Both the position numbers and the translations under genes were made by a program. From contig NW_003314314.1 in NCBI RefSeq assembly GCF_000143415.4, positions 1,245,771 through 1,309,770 on the forward strand: a DNA stretch of 64,000 nucleotides, in the 5' to 3' direction. Within the stretch, counting starts at the first letter, position 1. Every line of letters begins with the position of its first letter. This document shows, one piece after another, positions 1 through 12,893 of this stretch. Source of the stretch: Selaginella moellendorffii. Its lineage: Eukaryota > Plantae > Lycopodiophyta. Below the pieces are notes generated by a model, which worked only from the letters and a program-made list of their open reading frames with translations, made no database searches and had not been told where the DNA came from.

Positions 1-957
1 GAATGCGAAATAAGCAGCAAAACTTTTTTTCCATGATGAAGTAGTGCGGGTTTGTGGTCTTCCCGAAGAGATGATATCGGATAGAGACTCGAGGCTTACA
101 GAGAAGTTTTGGGGCACAATGTTCCAGTTGTTTTGTACCAAATTGAAGTTTAGTATGGCTTATCATCCTCAAATTGATGGGCAAACCGAACACATGAATG
201 CTTAAGTTGAGGATTATCTATGGTACTATGTCACAGTGGACCAATGCGACTGGGTTAAGCATTTGGACATAGTAAAAATCTGTTATAACAACACATTTCA
301 CTGTTGGCACTATTGGCTATTCTCCATAGGAGATGCTGCAAGAGAATGCTTGTAGGGTGCCTCAACAAATTGTTGTACCGAAATCTATGTTTGAAGTGTT
401 GGTCCCGGCCGTTGAGACTTATGCAGAGCAGCTATGCCAAGGTTGGTCTAGAGCTACTGAGGCGATGGGCAAAGCTTAGGATAGGTATCGACGTGATAAG
501 GATCAGCATCATCGGGATGTATCTTATCAAGTGGGAGATCAGGTGTAGCTATCTTCCCGGAACTTGAACATTAAGGGATCTTTATCTCGGAAGCTATTAC
601 CGAGATATGTTAAACCCATCGAGTGTTGAAATGGATTGGTGATGTATTCTATCAATTGGATCTTCTTGCGGAGATGTCCAATATTCATAATGTATTTCAT
701 CCCAATCTCTTGGCTCTTTACACTATAGATATTGCACGTCAAGGGGAGATTCATCCACCACTAGAAGTTATGGATGGTGAACCTGAATATGAAGTGGAAG
801 CTATTTTGGGCACACCCTAGCTTAAACATGCCAAACGTCAGGAGTATCTAGTTAAGTGGAAAGGTAATCTGGTTTGTGAATCAACTTGGGAACCTCCTAA
901 TAATCTTACACATGCTCGTGAGCTTGTCACAGAGTATAAGATTAGTAATAAAGACTA
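1..957 (+). pseudogene. Ty3/gypsy chromovirus integrase C-terminus plus chromodomain, degenerate
   Basis: Translation gives GLPEEMISDRDSR, FSMAYHPQIDGQTE, HNVFH and EYEVEAILG..QEYLVKWKG..ESTWEP (chromodomain), with stops and frameshifts. Confidence 0.9.
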
Positions 958-1374
958 GCTTTTGTAAACTTTGTAATAAATCTTACAAATCAATAAACCT
1001 ATATATTTCTATAAATCAAAGTTTCATTTTTCTCATTTGTTAGTACTTGGGTCAGTTTTGGCAGGCTCACTTTGGCACTTCAGTACCTGGGTTCAATCCA
1101 TAACTATGGGGATAACTATTATAGACTGATCACAAATCCCCTCTATGAGACACAAAATCCCTAGGCCCCAAAGTGGAGCTAAAAGGGTGCCATATGGTAG
1201 TGGCCAAAGCGAAAGCCAAACAAGCATAACACGTTTAGACTAAAAACTCTGACTTGAAAGGTCGAGAGCAAGAGTGGAACTCTTAATGAAAGGGCTCGAG
1301 GAACAAGCACGAAGTGAGTGATAAATGAGTCTCTAGAAAAGGGACACATGAGGACCCGAGATGGAGTCTGAGAT

Positions 1375-1607
1375 TGTTATAATCTGGCACAAAAAGACAA
1401 AGATCTAGTCACCCTAGACTATGCTACGCCACCTCTTGAGGTTCCTCACCACCCAACCACCCCCAAGCTACCTCAAGAGCTCCACTGTGCTGCCGCTCCA
1501 CTGTGAGCCCTACGCTAGGTTAAGTCCCTTACCCTAACATGCCTTAATATACCCTTGAGCCTCCCTTTGACCGACGTTGACCATGTAGTCAAAGCTGGCA
1601 CCTAACA
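1375..1607 (-). mobile_element. Solo LTR, family C (233 bp)
   Basis: TGTTA...TAACA termini with an exact GAGAT TSD (1370-1374 / 1608-1612). The same LTR lies next to a PBS at 20483 and 30820. Confidence 0.9.
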
Positions 1608-1880
1608 GAGATGGAGTCCGAGATGGACCTGAGATGGAGTGCCAGATGGAGTCTGAGATGGACCCAAGATAAAGTCCGAGATGGACTCGAGATGGAGTCC
1701 GAGATGGACCTGAGATAGAGTTCGAGATGGACCCGAGATGGAGTTCGAGATGGACCCGAGATGGAGTTTGAGATGGACCTGAGATGGAGCTCGAGATGGA
1801 GTACAAGATGGAGTCCAAGATGGAGTTTAAGATGGACCCGAGATGGAGTCCGAGATGGAACCGAGACCAAGACTGAGACT

Positions 1881-4800
1881 AACCCCTTGCACCAAACGTG
1901 TACCCACTCGGATCATCGTTTTCATCTCTGCGTATGCAACGAGACTAGTTGCCCAATCTCATTGAATAGTACTCGCTGAGACTCATCCTCTGATACCAAA
2001 TGTAGCGCACGTGGTTTTGACCCTTTATCCTATGGTGATTTACCATAGGATAACACCACGAAGCGGAACCTAAACCCTCTTTGTGCCACATGACAGATGC
2101 CACGTGTCACATGCCACGTGTCCATGCCACGTGTCCATAGGAACCCGAGGTCCAGGGCCTTGGGCCACTGAACGAAGGAACGGTGCCAAACTCCCAAGCA
2201 TGGAGCCAAGGAGTGACGGAACCGAACCACGGAGCAACTCCCGAGCATAAAGCCCAAGGAGCGAAGGGACAGGGGCCCGGAGCAACTTGGAACAGTCCTA
2301 GAGTAACCAGCATCCCAATGCCAGGACCAGCACGCAAAACGGAGCCAAACGGAGTTTGGCGCTATTTCGGCATACCGGTGGCCTAAGGCGAGGACATGGG
2401 TACTCCACCAACTAGCATGGAATGGAACTTGGGCTTAGACCCAAGCCGGACGTAGAACAAGGACAGGCACGCAAGCGGGAGCTAGACTATGCCTCAGGTT
2501 GGTTGGCCATGCCCAACCTACCCACTATCCCTACTATACATTTGGAACCCCCCACAGCCCCCCCCCCCTTGAGGAACACACGCTTTGGGCTTTCACCCCA
2601 AGCCTCCCTTAGTATCAGGAGTTAGTCTCTGGGACAAGCTCGAAACTTACTAAATATGGAATGTCCCTAGATTGCGAATTTGGACACGGGACGAACACCA
2701 TTGTGTTCAGAACGATCTCTACATTCCATAGATATGCCAAATGAGCAAATTTGGACACTTTCCATAAATAGCATTTGGACAAAAATGAGACTAACACAAA
2801 GGGCATGATAGCGAGGGTGTTTGGCAGACACGGTAAGCTATCATCTAGCGATATTGAGAGACCAAGCTCAATATCGCGGGGGTTCCCAACACTAGCAAGT
2901 GCAAGTCAACGAATGAGTTTCTCTAACCAGGTCAAGTATGCTTGACTAAATAGACACTTAGGAATTCCTTCCTTATGCTCATCTGGTCAAGTGCACACGC
3001 GAGGACCAGTTTCTCAACTAGCTTAGATGGAGACTGATAACGGGTCCAGCAATACCGACCTCCTGCCATCGTGGCAGTAAGGTAAGAGTGTCCGAAAGGA
3101 CTAGCCGACAGGTAACTTTCGATACCTGAAGTCACATTCGCGACACTCTCCCCCCCTTGGGAAGATCGACGTCCTCGTCGATGCATACTCGAGTCTAGAA
3201 TACCGCCAAGGAAACAACTCCAGAAAAAGTTCACGGTACTCACACTATGTGAGAAATGCACCAACTTAAATGAGTTAGGGGGCAACCTCTTTGTCTAACG
3301 CGGATGCGCTACCAGCTCAGACACCTTCCGGCCGTCGCCGACAAGGAAATGACCAACGGAGTCAGCCACCCTTGCTGCTCTGGGAGTCACCCAGCTTACA
3401 AAAGTGTGATATGCCCTGCCCGCAGAGACATAGAGAGAGAAGCTAGAGGCCCCAACCCTCCTGAGCAAAGAAACCAAACCCGTCGGTAAGGTTTAGATAG
3501 ACTACTGTAAATAGGCAGTTAGAGTTGTTTACACGGTCACGCCCTTTTAACGGAATAAGGAACATCGACAGAGAGGCGGGTGATGTGACCAGTCGACAGT
3601 AGTTACCCCATGACTAGAGATTTCAACATGCACACGAAGTGCCGAAGCCAGTCTGCCTATACTGGCCCAAACTCAAAGATCAATAGATGGACAATATCAA
3701 AGTCAGAGACAATGATATCTTAGAAGCTTAATTATCAGTGAATATATCTTAGATTAGAACACAAAAGTATTCCAAGTAAGTTATCATCCGATAAACTAGT
3801 ATTATAGTATAGGGACCACCAATACCACTATCATTGGAAAACATAGGAATGACCATCCAACAAAATTCAATAGCAAGTGTATCATCAAGAAAACTCAATG
3901 ATAAAGCTTAACTATTAAAGATTGCAGACAGAATGCCAAACAACTTACGAAAGATAACTCAAAGAACACAAAGTATTATTGACTAACAAGCACAATGCTC
4001 GCGAATGTATCACCCGAAGGAAATAACATCCCAACCTATCAAAACTAACTCAAGCAATAATCAACAGAAGAGAATGAATGCGGTAAGACTAACAAACACT
4101 CATTCCTGCCAACTAACACAAAAGCCAATCTGAATAGATCCCAGCCAACAATACCAAGGAACTCAAGTTGCCTAAGCAAGTGTCAACAACATCCTACTGA
4201 TGTCTCAAACCCAAGAGACCAATCCAGAGCAAACCACAAAGAACATGTGGTATTGCGAAAAGCCAAAAGCCATCAAAGAGAACAACAAACTATCATGAAA
4301 GAACATCAATCATCCCATCAATAAAGAGATGCTGAATCATCGTTGAAGAAAGAATCTACCATCCCGAAGAACAGTGAATCATTCTATATCAACAATAACC
4401 AAGCAACACCTTTGACAAGGATAATCAATATCCTAGATGACAGTCAATCATCACCAATGATTGCTAGATGCAAAGACTAACGTCAACATCGAAGCTAACG
4501 AGCCAAAATGCCTTCCCCCAGCAACTCCTAACAAATGGAACAATGAGCATGAAACTCAAAGAACCAAAAGCTTGAAGAAGCCTATAACCAAGTCTTGCTT
4601 AATAATGATCACAAGCCTTGCATAAACTAACTTCAATGCCAAAGAAGAAATCATGGTGCAACCCACAATATCTTCCTCAACACATTCATAAGCTAGACTT
4701 CGTAATGCCAAAGCTAATGAAGAGCATATCTGCATCAATCCAAAAGCTAAGCATAACGAAGCTATGCTCAACAAGTGATCACCAAATGATCCTCCATGAA

Positions 4801-7800
4801 TCCATCTATAGCAAAACGTAACTCACTTCATAACAAGCACAAGAAGAATCATCAATGATTGATATATCTCAATTCAAACCCAATAAGGAATCAATCACTT
4901 CAATATCAATCATTAACTCTTCCTCTTATAGAGTTAGCATAGTCCACGACTAAATCACTTTTCAAGGAAAAGCTAAAGCTCAACCCCTACTAAATAATCT
5001 CGTCTAGAACACAACTAACTCAAACTTGCCACTCAGTTCATTTGAACGTCAACATAGTTGCTAACTAGCAAATGCACGAATGTTAATAACACAAAGCTAT
5101 AACCAAATCATCAACACTATCTCTATCAAGACTAATGAAACTCAATATCAATCAAGAGAGAGACATCTTATTTCACTTGAATCTCAACATCAATATTGTC
5201 AACGACAAGGCATCACTTCAGTGCCATCAACACCATAACAAAGCTAGAAGAAAGCACGAGTGAATCACCACTCAAAGCTCTCTAGCAACTAAGCTAACCA
5301 AAGTCGGAGATACTTTACTCAGTATCCGAGACCAATCTCTCAACAATACTCAGTCATAGATAACACTTCATCAAGGAGTGAATCACCACATCCAAGGTTC
5401 AATGAAATCCAACACCACGAACTAAACGCAACCAAATGATATTGACAGAGATAGAGTGGACATGCCAACATGGAAAACCCATGTAAGTCTAACAACACAA
5501 TCCTCCGTAACACCATCTGGTAAAACAAGCCTATCACTACTAAATCATCATCGAGTGAAGCAAGTGTCAACAGTCTTTTGACAAAGTCTACAAGCAATTA
5601 TTAGTCGCAAAGCAACTAACAATCACTTTTGCAACTTGCCTTCACAAGACCCAAACACTAAACTCACGTCATGGAGTCATACACTTGTCCAACATGAACG
5701 TGATACCTTCGGTATGAGATAAAAGTTCATTGACAAGCACAAACTAAATGACCACTCGAATCCAACTCAACTGCAATAAACTCACTAATGCATTTAGCCA
5801 ATAGCTCTGAGCATGCCTTGAAGAGGCTAGCTATGCATGATCAACACTTAGCTGAAACTAAAGTGAAGACCATGAGATGGATCCATATCGGTACACAACC
5901 TCCTCATAGACAAAGCTACAGTACGGGTACCAACATCTCAAACTCAAACAACTAAGTTGAACATCACCATCCTTAGCCAAGGCGCAGGGCCACCAAGACC
6001 AAGTCAAGATCAGTGAGAGCTCACTACTCTCATAGAGTCTAACGAAATGCAAAGTGTAACCTGCCACCAAGCATAACGCTACAGAAGAAAGGCACAAGGG
6101 TCACCCTTCTTAGAAAAGTGCAATGGCCACTTTTCTACACCAACTCCAGACTCTATCCAACTCAATTGTGATAGCTTCAAAAGTCAGCATCCCTTTTGGG
6201 CCGCATCATACAAACTATCCTACTAAGGTCTAAGCTAACCAAAGTCAACTCCAACCCCTTCACTAGTTTGTATTGGCTTACGAAAACGGAATGGTTTTCG
6301 GACAAAGTGACCGATAGATCAGCTATTGGAAAAGTCTAAGAAAATTTGTGGAAAATTTTCCATCCTAGAAAAAGAATGACTCTCAGTCCAAGAATGCAAA
6401 CTTTCAAGACTCAACCAACTTCCTCCTACTAACAACTTCACATAAGTTCACCTCAACACAAATTCTCATGTCCCAAAATATGCTTAAGCTTCGAACATCT
6501 TTTTTTTTTTTTTGCCCATACTTTCGACATCCAACTCTAACATCCGCAGAATGCAAAATGAACATCTAAAGCTTGATCACGAAGACTACATCTTCGGATA
6601 TCCACATTGCACTAACACTCTTTTTCAACCACTTTCAAGATCCAATGTGAAGCCAAAACGCTAACAAGAAAAATGACATGGAAAATCAAGCTCTAAGGAA
6701 AATTCCTTATCACTCGAAATAATAATGCCATTTCCACTAACACAAGTGCTAGCGATGTTAATGCCTCAACTACATATTTTCTCCATCCAATAATCTACTC
6801 CAAGTTCTAACGGATCAACCGATGAGCTATAGCAAATGAATGCTATAACCCTTTCCAACACCTTATGGGCAAACTCTCAAGGAAACAAAGTACCAACTCA
6901 AGCTTAGCATAATGGACCACCATTGAGAATCTAGTCAAAGCTACTACAATGCTACTACGTGCAAGTAGATTAGCTTCACTATCAACCACTTTGGGGTTGA
7001 TCATCATTTACCCAAGCAACTTCGTAAACACATTGCTCATTATCACATGGATATGATACAAAATCACAATGATTTGATCATCAATTGAGCAACACCACAA
7101 GCAACACCCATGTCATTACTTCAAAGGTTTATGTGAGCATCAAGTGCCAACTCAATTCGACAAAATGCAACATAAATGCCACACTCCACCAATAGAGATT
7201 TACAACTTTGAACACCACCAACTTTTGTTCACAACACGGACAAGCTCATGCCACTCGCTTTTCGACCAAACTCAAAACTTAACCCAACACCAAGCTACTC
7301 AAGGAGTAATAGCAGGGTTCCCCGGAAAAAAATTGAGCATTGTAACTCAAGTCTTCCAATAGCAAGCCTAGACAAAATGGTTTAGCGCTTCACCGCTATC
7401 CATTCCACAACTCACCATTTGTAAGACTATCATCTCCAAGATGCATCAAGGTAGGGATTCTTGATTGCATAATGTGAACACGAGCAATGAGTCACACCTC
7501 GTTGCAAATCATCTTTCCAAGAAGAGAAAATGATTTACGTGTTTGATCCTCTGTCCCTGATGACTCTCTTTTCGGTCTCATCTTTGACCAAACCTCAAGC
7601 TTGCGTTCGCACTGCCTTCAGTCCAATCTAAAAAAAGTTTATGAGAGAGCACGACAATGACTACTTGAACCAATAGACTAATCCCTACTGTCTTAGTTGA
7701 TCCACTTGTAATCATGCCTAGGAAGGATCCACTAGTGCCGTGCTAAACAGCTATGGACCAGCCTATTTGCCACTCATAGCAAACCCAGGGAAAGTTTACT

Positions 7801-9004
7801 TTTACCCACGGTACATGGAACAACTCATGGAACCACTAATAGGCTAACATTAATCCTGCCAACTCAAAGTGTAACCTCGAGTTGCTAATGTGCCTCACAC
7901 ATGAGCCCAAGTGTAAACTCGTGCTAACAAAGCATCTCAAATCCATCCTATGAGCCCAAGAGCAAGCTCACATTATTAGGTACAAAAGGTAACCAAAACC
8001 ATACCCAAGGAACGAATGTGAACCCCTTGCACCAAACGTGTACCCACTCGGATCATCGTTTTCATCTCTGCGTATGCAACGAGACTAGTTGCCCAATCTC
8101 ATTGAATAGTACTCGCTGAGACTCATCCTCTGATACCAAATGTAGCGCACGTGGTTTTGACCCTTTATCCTATGGTGATTTACCATAGGATAACACCACG
8201 AAGCGGAACCTAAACCCTCTTTGTGCCACGTGACAGATGCCACGTGTCACATGCCACGTGTCCATGCCACGTGTCCATAGGAACCCGAGGTCCAGGGCCT
8301 TGGGCCACTGAACGAAGGAACGGTGCCAAACTCCCAAGCATGGAGCCAAGGAGTGACGGAACCGAACCACGGAGCAACTCCCGAGCATAAAGCCCAAGGA
8401 GCGAAGGGACAGGGGCCCGGAGCGACTTGGAACAGTCCTAGAGTAACCAGCATCCCAATGCCAGGACCAGCACGCAAAACGGAGCCAAACGGAGTTTGGC
8501 GCTATTTCAGCATACCGGTGGCCTAACGCGAGGACATGGGTACTCCACCAACTAGCATGGAATGGAACTTGGGCTTAGACCCAAGCCAGACGCAGAACAA
8601 GGACAGGCACGCAAGCGGGAGCTAGACTATGCCTCAGGTTGGTTGGCCATGCCCAACCTACCCACTATCCCTACTATACATTTGGAACCCCCCACAGCCC
8701 CCCCCCCTTGAGGAACACACGCTTTGGGCTTTCACCCCAAGCCTCCCTTAGTATCAAGAGTTAGTCTCTGGGACAAGCTCGAAACTTACTAAAAGTATGC
8801 TTGACTAAATAGACACTTAGGAATTCCTTCCTTATGCTCATCTAGTCAAGTGCACACGCGAGGACCAGTTTCTCAACTAGCTTAGGTGGAGACTGATAAC
8901 GGGTCCAGCAATACTAACCTCCTGCCATCGTGGCAGTAAGGTAAGAGTGTCCGAAAGGACTAGCCGACAGGTAACTTTCGATACCTAAAGTCACATTCGC
9001 GACA
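1881..9004 (-). mobile_element. Non-autonomous LTR element (LARD-like, family A), copy 1. LTRs 8141-9004 (281-bp deletion) and 2001-3145, plus an extra PBS and 120 bp at 1881-2000
   Basis: Direct repeats; tRNA-iMet PBS (reverse of CTCTGATACCA) ending at 8138; PPT at 3146-3160; ~5-kb interior with no long ORF, homologous to 49462-54431. Confidence 0.9.
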
Positions 9005-9295
9005 TATGTGGAGTGGTGCCCCACTTGAATACCTTGCGGCTCATTGGTCCTGGCCCTTCCTAGGGGCTTGGGCCTTCCCTTCGGGATGGAAGTCGGGGGG
9101 GGGGGGCGGGGGTAGAGGTACCCATACCAGGCTATTAGGCCACGGTGTTTCGCCTTGGCATCCTGAAGCATGTGTTGCACCCAAGACTTGGGATTTACAG
9201 GGTCCCATGATCAAATCTTAGCTAAAGCCAAGGCAGTGTTGGTCAGATAAACGAGGTAAACTGGCAAATTGGAAAGGAAAAATTTGTGGTTTACA
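9005..9295 (+). mobile_element. 3' part of an LTR-D (internally deleted), inserted in LTR-B
   Basis: Matches 12394-12893, ends AATTTGTGGTTTACA, and LTR-B sequence resumes at 9296. Confidence 0.75.
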
Positions 9296-11744
9296 CCAGT
9301 TTGGCCAAGAAAGGCTAGTCTGGCCCAGGAAGGCCATACCCAGTGTTGGGTGATGAGTTGACCACTGGGAAGTCCAAGACTAGAGTGAATACAAACCAAC
9401 AAGTGGGGGGGGGGGCTGCGGGCATCCTAAGGATGCTAAGAAGTGGATTTGGGATGATCACTCATGGATGAATGGTCTAGTCTTTGAGAGACAAGATTGT
9501 GATGTAGGTGGTGTCAAACCACCGGTGTGACGAAGGTGAATGGGCATGGTCTTAGCGTAACGGGCTGATAGGTCGGTGGTACCTTGCGGTGTCCGTCATG
9601 GGATCGAACACGTGAAGCACTTGGACCAAGTGCAATGGTTGAGTGGCATGGATGCTATTCTTAGGGCTAGCAAGTCCCTAAGTCTAAAATAGCACTTACG
9701 AAAGTTGTGAGTGAGACTCCTCCAAATGGTCGGAGGTGTGGTTAAGTGACTAAAGTAGAATGGAAAATTTAGTTGCTTACACCCACCTCTCTCTCAATGA
9801 CTCATTTTGAAAAGGGGTGTGGTCGTGTAAACAATTTAATCTGCCAGTTTATAATAGTTGCTAAATCTTCCTGACAAGGTTGATTTTTTGCTTAGGGGAA
9901 GTTGGGCCTCTGGCCTTCTCCTTATGTTCCTATGGGCAGGGATGTATCATTCCTTTATAAACCAAGTGGTAATTAGAGCAGCAAGGGTGGTTAACTCCGT
10001 TAGTCATTTCCTTGTCGGTGACGGCTAGAGGGTGTTTGAGTCTTAACATCTTTGGATGTAGAGGAAAAGTCATTCCATAACTCATTTAAGTCGGTGTGTT
10101 TCCCACATAGTGTGCTTTCCATTAACTTTCAAAGTTGTTTCCTTGACAATTTGCTAGACTCAGGTATACATCGATAAGGACGTCGATCTTCCCCAAGGGG
10201 GGGAGAGTGTCACTAATATGACTTTAGGTATTGAAAGATACTTGTCTCAAAGATCAATACTCAAAGATCAATAGATGGACAATATCAAAGTCATAGATAA
10301 TGATATCTTAGAGACTTAATTATCAGTGAATAAAGAACACAAAAGTATTCCAAGTAAGTTATCATCTGATAAATTAATATTAGCATATAGTAACCACCAA
10401 GATCACTATAGTTGGAAAATATAAAATTTATTATCTAATAAAATTCAATAACCAATGTATCATCAAGAAAACTTAATGATAAAATTTAACTAACAAAGAT
10501 TGTAGATAGCATGACAAACAACTTATGAAAAACAACTCAAAGAACATAAAGTATCATCAACTGGCAAATAAAATGCTTGCGAATTTATTACTCGAAGGAA
10601 ATAACATCCAACCTATTAGAAGCAACTGTAATGATAGTCAACAGAATAGAATAAATGTTGGTAAACAAACACTCATTTATGCAAACTATCGCACTGGCCA
10701 ATCTAAAAAGATTCCAGTCAATAATACGAAGGAACCAGAGTTGCTCAAACAAGTGTCAACAGCATCCTATTGATATCTCAAATCCAAGAGACCAATCCAA
10801 AGTAAACCATAAGAACATGTAGTATTACGGAAAGCCATAAGCTATCAAATAGCACAACTAACCTTTATGAAAGATTATCAATCATCCCATCAAAAAGAGA
10901 GATGCATAAGCATCGTTAAATAATAGCGAATCATTTTATATCAACAACAATCATGCAAAAATTTTGACAAGGATAATTAACTATCCTAAATGATAGTCAA
11001 TCATTACCAATGATTGCCAGATACAAATACTAACTTCAATGTAGAAGCTATGAGCTAGAACGCCTTCCTCAACAACTTCAACCAAATGGACTATAAGCAT
11101 GAAAACCCAAGGAACCAAAAACTTAAAGAAGCATATAGCTAGGTTTTTCTTAACAATGATCATAAATGTTGCATGAACTAACTTCAATGCTAAAGAAAAA
11201 ATCATGGCACAACCCATAATATCCTTCTTAATACATCCATAAGCCAAACTTTATAATACAAAGCTAATGAAGAGTATATTTGCATTAAATCAAAAGCCAA
11301 GCATAACAAAGCTATGTTTAACAAGTGATCACTAAATCGATCCTTCTTGAATTCATCTTCTATAGCAAGATGTAACTCACTTCATAACAAGCACAAAAAG
11401 AATAATTAATGATCTATATATTTTAACTCAAATCCAATAAAGATTCAAACATTCTAATATTGATCACTAACTCTTTTTCTTATAAAGCTAGCATAGTCCA
11501 TGACTAAATCACTTTGCAAAGAAAAGCCAAATCTCAACCCCTACAAAATAATCTTGTCTAGAACACAACTAACTCAACTAACCACTCAACTTATTTGAAC
11601 CTCAATTACGTTGCTAACTAGCAAATGCACAAATGCCAAGTATCAACACTATTTGAATCAAGACTAATGAAACTCAATATCAATCTTACTAAGAGATATC
11701 TCATCCCACTTAAATCTCAACACCAATATTGTCAATGACAAGGC

Positions 11745-12893
11745 TGTAAGGAACCAACTCGCCGAGGTGTCGTAGGCTAAAAGAACCCCGAAAGCATGAC
11801 CAAAATGACAAAGAGTTCATCGGATGGGACCAAGTCGAGGATCGAGTCCAAGACCGACTCTAGGACCGAGTTCGAGATAGAGTCCGGAATCGAGTCCGAG
11901 ACCGAGTCGGGGACCGAGTTCGAGTCCGAGTTCGAGACCGAGTTCGAGACGGAGTCCGAGATCCAAAATCGGGTCCGAGACCGAGTCCGAGGTCGAGTCC
12001 GAGGTCGGGTCCGAGATTGGGTTCGAGATCGAGTCCGAGATCAAGTCCGAGACCGAATCCGAAGTCGGATCCGAAATCGGGTCCGAGATCGAGCCAGAGA
12101 CTAAGTCCAAATACTAATACGGGTCAAGGGGTGAAAGCCCAAAGCGTGCGTCTCCCAGGGGGGGGGGGCTGCAGGGGGTTCCAAAAGTATAGTAGGGATA
12201 GTGAGGTCCAGGAACCAATTTTGAAGGGACTCTCCAGTGGGGCTCCCAAACTAACTTGAGGGTGGGACTGGGACCGAGGGGCCTTGGGTGGGAGTGAGCA
12301 TGGACTTGGTTGGTGCCGGAAGGGCCATCCAAGGAAGTGCTCAAGAGCAGCTCCCACTCCCGAAAGGGAAACCGATTATGGTGCTCCCGGCTCATGTGGA
12401 GTGGTGCCCCACTTGAGTACCATGCGGCTCATTGGTCCTCGCCCTTTCTAGAGGCTTGGGCCTTCCTTCGGGATGGAAGTGGGGGGGTAAAGGTACCCAT
12501 ACCGGGCCGCTAGGCCACGGTGTTTCGCCCCGGCGTCCCGAAGCAAGTGTTGCACTCAAGACTTGGGATTTAGAGGGTCCCATGATCAAGTCTTGTGATA
12601 CCAAAGGATGTTAGGGAACCTGGAAGCTTGGTGTGCTTGGCTGCTTGTGCTTGTGGGAAGTGTAGCCGAACCTTAAGTCCAGTCTAACCCGGGGAGGGGG
12701 ATTGGTAGTGATTTGGGAATCCGTGGATGGATGGCTAACGCTCCGTTGCTCGTGTAGTGAGTAGCTGAAACCAAGTAGGAGCTGGTACCATAGGCAAGAA
12801 CCTTGGCAAGGGAACTTAGCAAAAGCCAAGGCAGTGTTGGACGGATAGACGAAGTAAGCTGGCAAATTGGAAAGGAAAAATTTGTGGCTTACA
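11745..12893 (+). mobile_element. Solo LTR, family D (1149 bp)
   Basis: TGTAAG...CTTACA termini with an exact AAGGC TSD (11740-11744 / 12894-12898). Contains a GAGTCC/GAGACC hexamer array. Confidence 0.92.

Larger units (their letters stand above)
1144..9781 (+). mobile_element. LTR family B solo LTR containing nested insertions (solo LTR-C, LTR-D, LARD-A)
   Basis: Starts TATGAGACACAAAATCCCTAGG (compare 47599) and ends AATGGAAAATTTAGTTGCTTACA. Flanks CCCTC/CCCAC match at 4 of 5 positions as a TSD. Confidence 0.7.
1040..10245 (+). mobile_element. 3' UTR, PPT and LTR start of the same chromovirus, split by the LTR-B insertion (pieces 1040-1143 and 9782-10245)
   Basis: 1040-1143 aligns to 53900-54003 and 9782-10207 aligns to 54000-54431. 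The PPT AAGGGGGGGAGAG is followed by TGTCACTAATATGACTTTAGGTATTGAAAG, a variant of the LTR-A start. Confidence 0.75.
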
